This document shows positions 54,609 through 64,000 of a stretch of 64,000 nucleotides of DNA, piece after piece. The stretch is from the IMG/VR virus record IMGVR_UViG_3300025141_000018; one strand, 5' to 3'. Positions within the stretch are counted from its first letter, which is position 1. Every line of letters starts with the position of its first letter. A program made the translations under genes and the position numbers. A model generated the notes under the pieces. The model did no database searches, was not told the origin of the DNA, and was given only the letters and a program-made list of their open reading frames with translations. The stretch comes from a virus (taxonomy: Duplodnaviria; Caudoviricetes).

Positions 54609-57600
54609 ATGGCAACAACATTACGACAGAAAAAACTTTTAGCCGCTGAAGATTTCACGGCTTTGTATGAATCATTTGCAAGTGCAAATTTTAAAGCATA
54701 CGATTATGATAGTATCAGAGAAGCATTAATTAACTATGTACAAGACAATTATGCTGAAGATTATAACGATTGGATTGAAAGTAGTGAATTTGTTGCTCTA
54801 GTAGATTTGTTTAGTTTCATTGGACATAGTATTGCATTTAGATTAGATTTAACAACTAGAGAAAATATTCTTGATACTGCAACTAAATCTTCAAGTGTTT
54901 TAAATCTTGCAAGATTTGTTGGATATAATCCAAGCAGATGTAATCCTGCAACAGGTTTATTAAAATTAAAAGCATTACGTACAACAGAAACCATATACGA
55001 TTTTAATGGGACTGATATAGGTAATACTGATATAATTTGGGGTGATGCAAGTAACACCGATTATTATGAACAATTTATTACAGTATTAAATAGGGCATTT
55101 CAAACTATTAATCAATTTGGAAATCCTTATAAAAAAGGAACAGTTGATAACATATCAACTGAAGTATATAAATTAAATTCTAATACAGAAAAAGCAGAGG
55201 TTACATATCCTTTTACTGCTATTGCTAATGGATCTTCTCATTCATTTGAAGTTGTTAATGGAACATTTAAAGATACTGAATATTTTTACGAAGACGATCC
55301 AGATCCAAGTGCCGCAATGAGTTTATATTATAGAAATGATGGAACAGGATTTTTAAGTAAGGATACTGGATTCTTTGTAATGTTTAAGCAAGGGTCATTG
55401 CAACATACAGATTATACATTAGATAAAGCAATAGAAAACAGAGTTATAGATATTGATACCGAAAATATTAATAATACTGACGTATGGGTACAAAATATTA
55501 GTGCCGATGGTACTGTAACAACCGCAAACAAATGGACTAAAGTAGATAGCACCGAAGGTAACAATGTAATATACAATTCATTAAACAAAAACATACGTAA
55601 GATTTTTTCTGTAATTTCAAGATTAAATGATACTATTAGTATTAAATTTGCTGATGGTAACTATGGTGAAATTCCACGTAACCTAATGAGAGTGTGGTAT
55701 AGAACTAGCAATGGCGACACATATGTTTTACGAAGTGCTGATGTACAAGATGTATCTATAACAATTCCATATATTGGAATTGATGGATTGTCATATGATT
55801 TAACATGCACATTTGATTTAGAGTATACTGTTAGAACTGCTACCGCAACCGAAAGTGTAGATAATATTAAACAAAATGCACCATTAGTTTATGCAAGTCA
55901 AAACAGAATGGTTTCAGCACAAGACTATACAGTATTTCCATATACTCAAAGTAGTGCCGTTAAAAAAGTAAAAGCAGTTAATAGAACCAATATTGGACAT
56001 AATAGATTTTTAACATTTAACGATCCAACCGGCGTATATACTAATCTTAACATTTTTGGATCAGATGGGTACATTTACAAAGATTCATTATTAAAACGAA
56101 AAATTATAACATTGCCTAGTACATATACAAATCAAGAAATAGCAGACGATTTAATGACTAACATGTTATTTGATGCTGATGTTATGAATTTTTATTACGA
56201 GAATTATCCTAAGATTACTGGAACACCTTATTTGGCATCTTCGGATTCAGCAGTAAAAATCTTTAGACAAGTGTCAAGTACGTCAACAACATCAACTGGA
56301 TATTTTAAAGTTGGTGGATCATTAACAACAGCGGCGGCAGTTGGCACTAGTTACACAACAGATACAATTTTAAAAGTTATTAAAAAAGATGCATTACTGG
56401 GGTTTGTAGAACCAGCAACTGGAGATACTGAAGAGTCAACATGGGCGTCAAGTACTGCACATACAATAACATGGGCAAAAGTTTTAAGTGTAACAGGCTC
56501 AGGGTTAGGTACATTTGATACTGATGGAAACTATACTGGTAAAGATACTGCTGGTGTCGGAACAATATCACTTAGTCAACGTATACCCGATAATGCTAGA
56601 ATTCGACATGCAGTACCACATTTTAGAAGGAAGTTTACACCATCTGAACGAGATTTAATTGTTGAACAATTATCTTTAAAAAATAGTTTTGGTATAGGAT
56701 ACGACGAAGGACTAGATTTATGGTGGATCGTAGACGAAGATAACATCAGTGAACCATCAACTACATTTGTAAGAAATGTTGTTCAAGATAATACAAATAC
56801 TAATCCAAGTTGGATTATACGTGCTGAAGTTAAAAATAATAAAATAGAATTCTTAATTAGACATTCTAGGTATATTTTTAGTAGTGATAAAGAAGTACGT
56901 TTTTATAATCCAAATATTAAACGATCAATTGATGTAGACACAAATAAACCTGTTGTTGACCAGATTAGTGTATTAGGTACTAATACTAAACCTGGAGAAA
57001 CAACATTAATAGGGTCTGATATTAAATTTAATCCTGTCGGAACAGTAACATATAATGATGGATACAGCGATCCAACTAAATTAATTATTTCTCCAGCAGA
57101 TGAGAACTTAGATTTAGTACCAGATTTTCCAGATTCATTTGAACAGATTGTAGGTGCCGATACAAACAAAATATATTTTAATAAAGTAACTGAGGGTGGA
57201 TACGAATATGAACGTTATACTCCTAATACTACAACTACAACAAAAACAGGACGAGCGACATTAAAATTTCAATGGAAGCATTATGCAACTGATGAAAGAA
57301 AAATCGATCCATCAGCAAGTAACATTATTGATATATTTGTATTAACAGAAAATTATGACAACGAATTTAGAGAATGGTTAGCGGCAAACGGATCGGTTAG
57401 TACAAAACCAGCCGAACCAACACAAACAGATCTTAATACATTATTAAGTGGTATAAAAGATTATAAAATGAGTTCGGACGAAATTGTCTTTAAACCAGTA
57501 AAGTATAAAATATTATTTGGACAGAAAGCAGATTTAGAAATGCAGGCTAGATTTAAAGTTATTAAAGCACCGGGCATAAACCTAACAGACAACGAAATAA

Positions 57601-57956
57601 AAAGTAAAGTAATTACCGCAATAGATGCGTATTTTAATGTTGAAAATTGGGATTTTGGTGAAACATTCTATTTTACAGAATTATCAGCATACATACACCA
57701 ATCATTAGCAGGTATTGTAAGTTCTGTTGTTATTGTTCCTGTAAGTCAAGCAAGTGTATTTGGTGATTTATTTCAAATTACACCAAACTTAGATGAAGTG
57801 TTTATTAGCTCAGCACACATAACAGATGTTGAAATTGTTTCAGCATTAACAGATACTAATTTAAGAACAACTGCAACAACTGCAACAGAATCAAGTACAG
57901 AAGAAATTGTTACCACATCGTTTGTAGGTGGTAGTACATCAACAGGGTCGTATTAA
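54609..57956 (+). CDS. gp6: Baseplate wedge protein gp6-like
   Basis: FKAYDYDSIREALINY, ENILDTA..SSVLNLA..GYNP, FADG.YGEIP, ES...IKQNAP..YASQNRMVSAQDY and DYFNVENWDFGE. Confidence 0.9.
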   Translation: MATTLRQKKLLAAEDFTALYESFASANFKAYDYDSIREALINYVQDNYAEDYNDWIESSEFVALVDLFSFIGHSIAFRLDLTTRENILDTATKSSSVLNLARFVGYNPSRCNPATGLLKLKALRTTETIYDFNGTDIGNTDIIWGDASNTDYYEQFITVLNRAFQTINQFGNPYKKGTVDNISTEVYKLNSNTEKAEVTYPFTAIANGSSHSFEVVNGTFKDTEYFYEDDPDPSAAMSLYYRNDGTGFLSKDTGFFVMFKQGSLQHTDYTLDKAIENRVIDIDTENINNTDVWVQNISADGTVTTANKWTKVDSTEGNNVIYNSLNKNIRKIFSVISRLNDTISIKFADGNYGEIPRNLMRVWYRTSNGDTYVLRSADVQDVSITIPYIGIDGLSYDLTCTFDLEYTVRTATATESVDNIKQNAPLVYASQNRMVSAQDYTVFPYTQSSAVKKVKAVNRTNIGHNRFLTFNDPTGVYTNLNIFGSDGYIYKDSLLKRKIITLPSTYTNQEIADDLMTNMLFDADVMNFYYENYPKITGTPYLASSDSAVKIFRQVSSTSTTSTGYFKVGGSLTTAAAVGTSYTTDTILKVIKKDALLGFVEPATGDTEESTWASSTAHTITWAKVLSVTGSGLGTFDTDGNYTGKDTAGVGTISLSQRIPDNARIRHAVPHFRRKFTPSERDLIVEQLSLKNSFGIGYDEGLDLWWIVDEDNISEPSTTFVRNVVQDNTNTNPSWIIRAEVKNNKIEFLIRHSRYIFSSDKEVRFYNPNIKRSIDVDTNKPVVDQISVLGTNTKPGETTLIGSDIKFNPVGTVTYNDGYSDPTKLIISPADENLDLVPDFPDSFEQIVGADTNKIYFNKVTEGGYEYERYTPNTTTTTKTGRATLKFQWKHYATDERKIDPSASNIIDIFVLTENYDNEFREWLAANGSVSTKPAEPTQTDLNTLLSGIKDYKMSSDEIVFKPVKYKILFGQKADLEMQARFKVIKAPGINLTDNEIKSKVITAIDAYFNVENWDFGETFYFTELSAYIHQSLAGIVSSVVIVPVSQASVFGDLFQITPNLDEVFISSAHITDVEIVSALTDTNLRTTATTATESSTEEIVTTSFVGGSTSTGSY

Positions 57957-60900
57957 TGGCAGATATACCTCATGTTCCTAAGGTAATAAAAGACACTACT
58001 AAACCAGGAACTAATAAAGCAGTCGAACGTAAAGAGTTTTCTAACCTATTACCTTCCTATCTTCGAACAGATACTAATAAAAAAGTTTTATCAACTATAC
58101 TAGACTTTTTAATGAGTAATGGTAATACAAGACAATATAGCCAATATTACGGAAGAGCAAAAGGTGGATATCATACAGCCACACAAGACGAAATAGCAAA
58201 TCTACTTAACGAGTGGCAAAAGAATTATAGTTTTAGTCCCGGTTGGTTTAGTCAAGATCCGGGAACAAAAGAAATACAGTTAAGTCTAACACAAGATGAT
58301 GCATATACAGAACTTAAACGACACGGAGTAAATGATAAAGATTGGAATGATGTTTTTGAGCATTCGGCATATTCATGGAGTCCTCCTATTGACCATGATA
58401 AGTTTATTAACTATGAACAATATTATTGGATTAATTGGGCGTTAGTTCTTGATGTACCAACACTTGGTAGTGGAGGTTCTGTTATTAACGAAATAACTGC
58501 AAATGTTACAACCCGAGAGGGCGTGTCTGTTGCATTAGAAACTGGAATGGGACTTAAAAATCTTGGTAACTTCCATTTTAAAGTATCCGGTGTTGGCGAT
58601 AGCATAAGACTTGACGAAAGACAAGCCGCAGATATAATAACACGAATAGGTACTACACGAGAACAACACGAAGCAGATTATATTACTATTGGCCTTGGTG
58701 CAACTAACGGAAATCCTTGGAGTAGAAGTAATTATTGGATGCACGAAGATACTCTTAAAGCAATGGAAATAGGGTGTGCTTGGAGTGCTTCAGTAACATA
58801 TGCCGCCGACGATATTGTTAGTCGCGATGGAGAATTTCGCATAGCAAAACAGATAGGAGGTAATATAAATCAAGATCCGTTATCTGATAATACATTAACA
58901 TATTGGGGTCCTGGTATTAAAGTATTAGATCCGGGTGCTCGAGCTACACGACCTATTATAGAATTTAATAAAGACATAGAAATATATAATCATGGTTTCG
59001 ATCATGCGGCAGAAGTTGGCCACATTACATCTGCTAGTATCGCTGATATTGTAGGTAAATCAAGTTATTCATATAAATCTGGTGCAGACGATGTATCTTT
59101 TGGTAATGGACAATCAGTACTGTTTATAAATTCGACTACAGATATTAATAATAAAATGTATACAATTGGTGGAGTTGGTTCTGCAATTACATTAACAGGC
59201 GAAAAAACATTTACAACTGGACAATCAGTACTCACACACAAGCGGGACACTGGCACCTCGGCAACAAAAATCTATATGGGTTCTCGTTATCACTTTAATG
59301 GAACGACCTTTGTTACTTCCCAACAAAAGACTGCAAGAGGACAAGCACCTTTATTTAATTTGTATGATAAAGATAATGTATTGTTAGATAATACAACAAA
59401 ATACCCAGATAGCAACTTTGCTGGTAGTAACGTTTTTACATATGCAACAGATACAACCGGTACTACTGATACAGAATTAAATTTTAATCCTGTTATTGAA
59501 ACAATCGGATTACAGGTAGCAGATTTATACGCAAGTAATAATGATTATGTATTTGATTGGGATCAGTCTAAAAAAGAATATCAGTATAAATCAAATAATG
59601 TAGTAACTGAAATAGCAGGAATATATTATACTAAAATTGGTTCTCAATATCAAAGTGGCTGGCATGAAAGTAATTACGAAGCATACACTCCTGTCATACA
59701 AGACATTGAAGTAGGTTCGACAACAAGCGATACTCGATATTCTGGATGTGTAACAGGAACAGTAGGATTAAATGGAAAATATGAAATTGATACAGGAACT
59801 AATACTCCGTATTATTCACGAGAATTTTATGTACATTTTGAAGGGAATAAATTTTCATGGTTTGTTAAAAAAAATGGACGGTATCATCAAATTCCAGCAG
59901 AGCCAAATGAAACTAATCCTAAATTATATTTTCCATCTGGTAAAGATATAACAATTAATTATTATAGTGAAATCGAAGGATTTAAAATTACTGATCCAAC
60001 CGGTACCGTTCCCGCCTCTGGAATTACTAATAATAATGCAACATCAGGTACAATAACAATTAATATTGATAAAGCAACATACCCGGTATTACGTTATAAC
60101 GCATATCCAACAAGTACTGTTTACGGAGAGATATACCTATTTGATGAAAAACAAGAACATGGAAGACCTTTAGTATATAGAAACGGAATTATACAAAAAG
60201 AAGGAACACAGGTACAAGCAGAAGCTCAAACTGCTGATTGGTATTTAAGTGGATCAAAAATTACATTTCCATTTTTTACAACAGAAGGCAGCCAGGGTAG
60301 AACTGTAACATTTGATTCAGTAACAGGTGATTATATTATACCAAGTGAAACTAGTAATGAACTATTAGAAGTAACTACAATACAAGAAAAAGATGTTATT
60401 AATATTGAATATTATATTGATGAACCGCGAGCTACTGATGTATGGGATGATTGTGCACCATTAACTAAAAATCCTAATTGGGAAAATCCTGCCAGTTTAA
60501 GTTATGGTAAGTTATATAAACATTTTACTACATGCTTACGAAAGCAACCATTACTTGAAGGAGCATCTTCGGGTAAGAATAATTCTAGAAATATTAGATC
60601 ATTTAACACAATACCGGGTACAATATTACAATATAAAAATCCGGCATTAATAAGTGGGTTGATTTTAGATAATCCTTTTGCACCAATTATGCAAAGTATT
60701 TTTTGGTATGCACAACAATATGAAGTGTTTAAATTTAAGTTACTTAATGCATTTGATAACGCAATGCTAGGTAAGGATTATACATTATTATCTCATAGAG
60801 AATTACTTGATGATGCACTAATTGCATTAACTAAAGGAAAGACTAAAGGATTCTCCTTTAGTTTAACAAATCATGTTGCATATAAAGGGTATACTGAAAA

Positions 60901-63900
60901 ATCATACGTAGGGGATGGCACTACAACGGCTTTTGCGTTACCAACCGGATGCACATATGGCACAACGCCAACAAGTCAAAATATTGAAATATATGTTAAC
61001 GACACAATACAATTACTTGGTACTCAAGCAGGTTACAACTATACTATTAGTTCTAACACAATTAACTTTAGACCCGATTCAATACCAGCAAATGAAAAAA
61101 TAATTTTAATTAGATATGCTGATGCAATTGAAGATAATTTTATACCACATACACCAGCAAGTTTAGGTATTAATAGATTATTTAAACCTTGTGTACGTAA
61201 TTTTACAAGTACAAATAAATCTGTTGTTACTCATGCACTTAAAATGCAAGCACTTAATAATGGGCCTCGTACAATTAAAATTCATGATGGATTTAATTAT
61301 TTTATACAAGGACATGATGGTAGTATGTATCCTGTAAGTGATCAAAATAATTTAACAAAATCGGAAAATGCACTATTAGAATTTGAACGAAGAATTTATA
61401 ATCAAGTACAAAAATATAATACATTTGATACAAACGGAATATATCATCTTTCTATTACTAAAGACTTACGACAAACTGCTCCTAAGTTAATTAGAAAAGA
61501 ATCAGGTGCTATTTGGCAAAAATTATTTAATATAGATCCATTTGAATTTACGTTTGATGTAACTGATAAATTTAGAGTAAATTATAATGATCTCAATAAT
61601 TCCGGTCATGCATTAGGACTTATTAAAGAAAAATTTGGAACTTCTCGACCAGACATTGAACCATGGAGAATACTTGGATATCAAAAATATCCTGAATGGT
61701 GGGAAACTTATTATACGTGGAAAGATACTGCTAATGGTGGTGACGATACAAAACGTGCAAATCTTATAACGGCTATTCAAGCAGGACATTATAATAGTCC
61801 GGGCGATTCAACTAAAAACTTTGATTCACGTTATGCAATTGATTCCACAATAGTAGGTAATATTGTTTCTGTTACAGGTGAATTACAAGATCCTGTTACT
61901 GCAGGTATTATTTCCCCAGCAAGTTTTAATACATTATCAAAAGGACAATTAGTAAAAAATTATGTATGGAATGATTACGGTCCAGTACAAAATGCATATG
62001 ATCATAGTAGTTTTGCTCGCTTTGTAGAAGTATTAGAGTTTTATGTTGGGTTTGCTAATGAATATGCATTTAGATATTTTGATTCACAGAAATTTAATAC
62101 GTCTGGTACTAATATAACAGACATAGATGGCGGAAGAACTACGTTTACAAATTATATAACAAATGGCGAGGTAACGTCAACCGGAACAGTAACGAAACAA
62201 ATTGGAATACAAAATTTATTGTTTGAGTTTATGTTATCACAAGGCAAAGATAATACATTATTTGGAAAAACACTACGGAACTTACAACCACATATCTTAT
62301 GTAAAACAAATAACTTTATTATTGATAATAGAACTGCTATAAAATTACCTATAAGTTTTAATTTACAATCAGGTAATACATTACCAGAAGAAAACCAGCA
62401 CATATTTTTATATGAAAGTCCGGCAACTGAAAGGTTTGTATACAGTCAAATAAAAGTAACAAAAGTTGCAACAGGCTTTAAATTAAGCACATATGATACT
62501 ATTGGTAGAGAAATAAAGTATTATGCTCCAAAGCCAGCAGTAATATCAACAGATGTTGTTAGTGCTAGTAAAATTCAAAAGAAACGATATACTACAACTG
62601 AAACTATATTAGATACACAAGTAGTTTTAAAAAATAATCAAGAAGTAGTCGATGTGCTAAGAGGAATATACAATTGGTATGAAGCCAGCGGCATAGCGAT
62701 GGACAAGTCATCAGATGCGGTTGTAAAACAATATATTGTTTGGGGCGAAGTAACACAAGCAATAGATAATAATGTTACAGTAAGTTTTTCGACAAGTAAA
62801 ATAACAGTTACTAAAACATCAGGTACAGTATTGTTAGATAGAGAGTTAGGTTATCAACATATTAATGGTTTTAAAACCACAGGTGGTATTATAAAAGATA
62901 ATGATGTAGAAGTATTTCGTACAGGACATGATTTTGAAATAACACATACAGCAGATGTTGGTTGTTTATATTTTAAAATATGTACATATGAACACGTAAT
63001 AGCAGTTGATAATACTACCCAATTTAATGATATTGTGTACAGTCCGTTATTAGGTATTAAACAGCCACGAGTTAGAATATCAACAATAGGTTTATTAGAC
63101 TGGACAGGACGACTTACCGAGCCAGGATACATGATTAAAAGTAATACTATTGAGCCTAATATTGAAACAAGTGTTAAGCAAATTAGTACTGATTACTTTG
63201 CAGTTGAACAAGGCATTGCTAATGAAGAATTATCTAAAGCATTGCGTTACAACATTGGTTATTCAGAAAAAGAATTTTTACGTAATATAAACACAGATAA
63301 TGATGTAAGTTTTGAATTTTATAGAGGGTATATCCAAAATAAAGGTACTAACGAAAACTTTAATCGTTTACAAAGAAACAAAAATACACTATACAATGAT
63401 AGCAATAGTGTAACATCTATTAACGAAGAATGGATGATTAAAGAAGATGATTTTGGTGCTACACGTGAAAATGAAACATTAGAATTTGTTGTACAACCCA
63501 GAGATTTTAATCAGGAACGACAATTAATAGAATTTTCTAAGTATCGAGATCCTTCAAACAAAGATCTTAAAGCAGATACTAAAATTGAAATACTTGCTAA
63601 TGATGCAAGATGGGTATGGAAACCAACTGATTTAAGTACGGGTGCTGAAAATTGGTGGGATGATTATACATCTGAAATTTTTAGAGTTACAGTTTCAAAA
63701 ATTGGACTTAAAAATGTATTTCAACTTGATGGAGTAGTTCGTCCAATACTTGTTTTAAATAAAGGCAAAAAATATAGATTTGATAGTACCGATTCTTCTG
63801 TTGACAACGATGCATTGCTATTTTCAACTACACCAAATGGTACACATAATAGCGGAACCACTTATAGTACAACAGTAAAATACTTTTTAGAAGGCGTTGA

Positions 63901-64000
63901 AAAAAATAAAGCAGATTATCTTGCAGGACATTCAACTGCTACTTCACGATACATAGAAGTAGTGCCTACATCAGATACTGGTGATAGATTATATTATTAT
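57956..64000 (+). CDS. Very large baseplate wedge protein (gp7-like), 3'-truncated; absent from the ORF track
   Basis: TAATG overlap with gp6; MADIP...LLPSYLRTDTNKK. In-frame spot checks at 58622 (DYITIG..NPWSRSNYW), 60902 and 63662-64000 all read open in the same frame. Not every codon was checked. Confidence 0.8.
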   Translation, partial: MADIPHVPKVIKDTTKPGTNKAVERKEFSNLLPSYLRTDTNKKVLSTILDFLMSNGNTRQYSQYYGRAKGGYHTATQDEIANLLNEWQKNYSFSPGWFSQDPGTKEIQLSLTQDDAYTELKRHGVNDKDWNDVFEHSAYSWSPPIDHDKFINYEQYYWINWALVLDVPTLGSGGSVINEITANVTTREGVSVALETGMGLKNLGNFHFKVSGVGDSIRLDERQAADIITRIGTTREQHEADYITIGLGATNGNPWSRSNYWMHEDTLKAMEIGCAWSASVTYAADDIVSRDGEFRIAKQIGGNINQDPLSDNTLTYWGPGIKVLDPGARATRPIIEFNKDIEIYNHGFDHAAEVGHITSASIADIVGKSSYSYKSGADDVSFGNGQSVLFINSTTDINNKMYTIGGVGSAITLTGEKTFTTGQSVLTHKRDTGTSATKIYMGSRYHFNGTTFVTSQQKTARGQAPLFNLYDKDNVLLDNTTKYPDSNFAGSNVFTYATDTTGTTDTELNFNPVIETIGLQVADLYASNNDYVFDWDQSKKEYQYKSNNVVTEIAGIYYTKIGSQYQSGWHESNYEAYTPVIQDIEVGSTTSDTRYSGCVTGTVGLNGKYEIDTGTNTPYYSREFYVHFEGNKFSWFVKKNGRYHQIPAEPNETNPKLYFPSGKDITINYYSEIEGFKITDPTGTVPASGITNNNATSGTITINIDKATYPVLRYNAYPTSTVYGEIYLFDEKQEHGRPLVYRNGIIQKEGTQVQAEAQTADWYLSGSKITFPFFTTEGSQGRTVTFDSVTGDYIIPSETSNELLEVTTIQEKDVINIEYYIDEPRATDVWDDCAPLTKNPNWENPASLSYGKLYKHFTTCLRKQPLLEGASSGKNNSRNIRSFNTIPGTILQYKNPALISGLILDNPFAPIMQSIFWYAQQYEVFKFKLLNAFDNAMLGKDYTLLSHRELLDDALIALTKGKTKGFSFSLTNHVAYKGYTEKSYVGDGTTTAFALPTGCTYGTTPTSQNIEIYVNDTIQLLGTQAGYNYTISSNTINFRPDSIPANEKIILIRYADAIEDNFIPHTPASLGINRLFKPCVRNFTSTNKSVVTHALKMQALNNGPRTIKIHDGFNYFIQGHDGSMYPVSDQNNLTKSENALLEFERRIYNQVQKYNTFDTNGIYHLSITKDLRQTAPKLIRKESGAIWQKLFNIDPFEFTFDVTDKFRVNYNDLNNSGHALGLIKEKFGTSRPDIEPWRILGYQKYPEWWETYYTWKDTANGGDDTKRANLITAIQAGHYNSPGDSTKNFDSRYAIDSTIVGNIVSVTGELQDPVTAGIISPASFNTLSKGQLVKNYVWNDYGPVQNAYDHSSFARFVEVLEFYVGFANEYAFRYFDSQKFNTSGTNITDIDGGRTTFTNYITNGEVTSTGTVTKQIGIQNLLFEFMLSQGKDNTLFGKTLRNLQPHILCKTNNFIIDNRTAIKLPISFNLQSGNTLPEENQHIFLYESPATERFVYSQIKVTKVATGFKLSTYDTIGREIKYYAPKPAVISTDVVSASKIQKKRYTTTETILDTQVVLKNNQEVVDVLRGIYNWYEASGIAMDKSSDAVVKQYIVWGEVTQAIDNNVTVSFSTSKITVTKTSGTVLLDRELGYQHINGFKTTGGIIKDNDVEVFRTGHDFEITHTADVGCLYFKICTYEHVIAVDNTTQFNDIVYSPLLGIKQPRVRISTIGLLDWTGRLTEPGYMIKSNTIEPNIETSVKQISTDYFAVEQGIANEELSKALRYNIGYSEKEFLRNINTDNDVSFEFYRGYIQNKGTNENFNRLQRNKNTLYNDSNSVTSINEEWMIKEDDFGATRENETLEFVVQPRDFNQERQLIEFSKYRDPSNKDLKADTKIEILANDARWVWKPTDLSTGAENWWDDYTSEIFRVTVSKIGLKNVFQLDGVVRPILVLNKGKKYRFDSTDSSVDNDALLFSTTPNGTHNSGTTYSTTVKYFLEGVEKNKADYLAGHSTATSRYIEVVPTSDTGDRLYYY

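Overview
The window is a gene-dense, AT-rich segment of a large T4-like myophage genome, probably marine and infecting a Gram-negative host. From left to right it contains: the 3' end of a tail-terminator-like gene and a Nudix hydrolase; a glycosyltransferase operon with its own sigma70-type promoter; and a 21-kb cluster of tail-fibre/virion-appendage genes (4.8-25.6 kb) that includes two tandem subtilases. Next come the head module (gp23, gp22, gp21, core proteins, gp20), the tape measure gene and a gp26-like chaperone. These are followed by an auxiliary cassette (GT-like, GDPD-like, pyrD-like, 2OG-Fe(II) hydroxylase), a resolvase, gp46/gp47, a gp55-like sigma factor, and baseplate genes with MORN and lipoprotein insertions. 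The window ends with gp25, gp6 and a >2000-aa gp7-like ORF that runs off the end. Four observations stand out. (1) The fibre/appendage proteins are systematically cysteine-rich, about 3-6% by hand count against under 0.6% in capsid, portal, tape measure and gp6. Cys sits at repeat positions that hold Lys, Ser, Thr or Asp in sister repeats, and the genes lie directly beside several glycosyltransferases. (2) A start-less ORF follows the gp26-like gene and is reachable by a -1 slip on T_TTT_TTC, as in P2 E/E' and lambda G/GT. (3) A ~400-nt non-coding region (37085-37505), about 45% GC in its core, carries many hairpins and two predicted pseudoknots, making it a candidate large ncRNA. (4) An early-promoter cassette encodes LPP20/DUF1566/C-type-lectin lipoproteins. 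All family assignments come from motif recognition by eye; no database searches were run. No tRNA, CRISPR array or transposase was seen.
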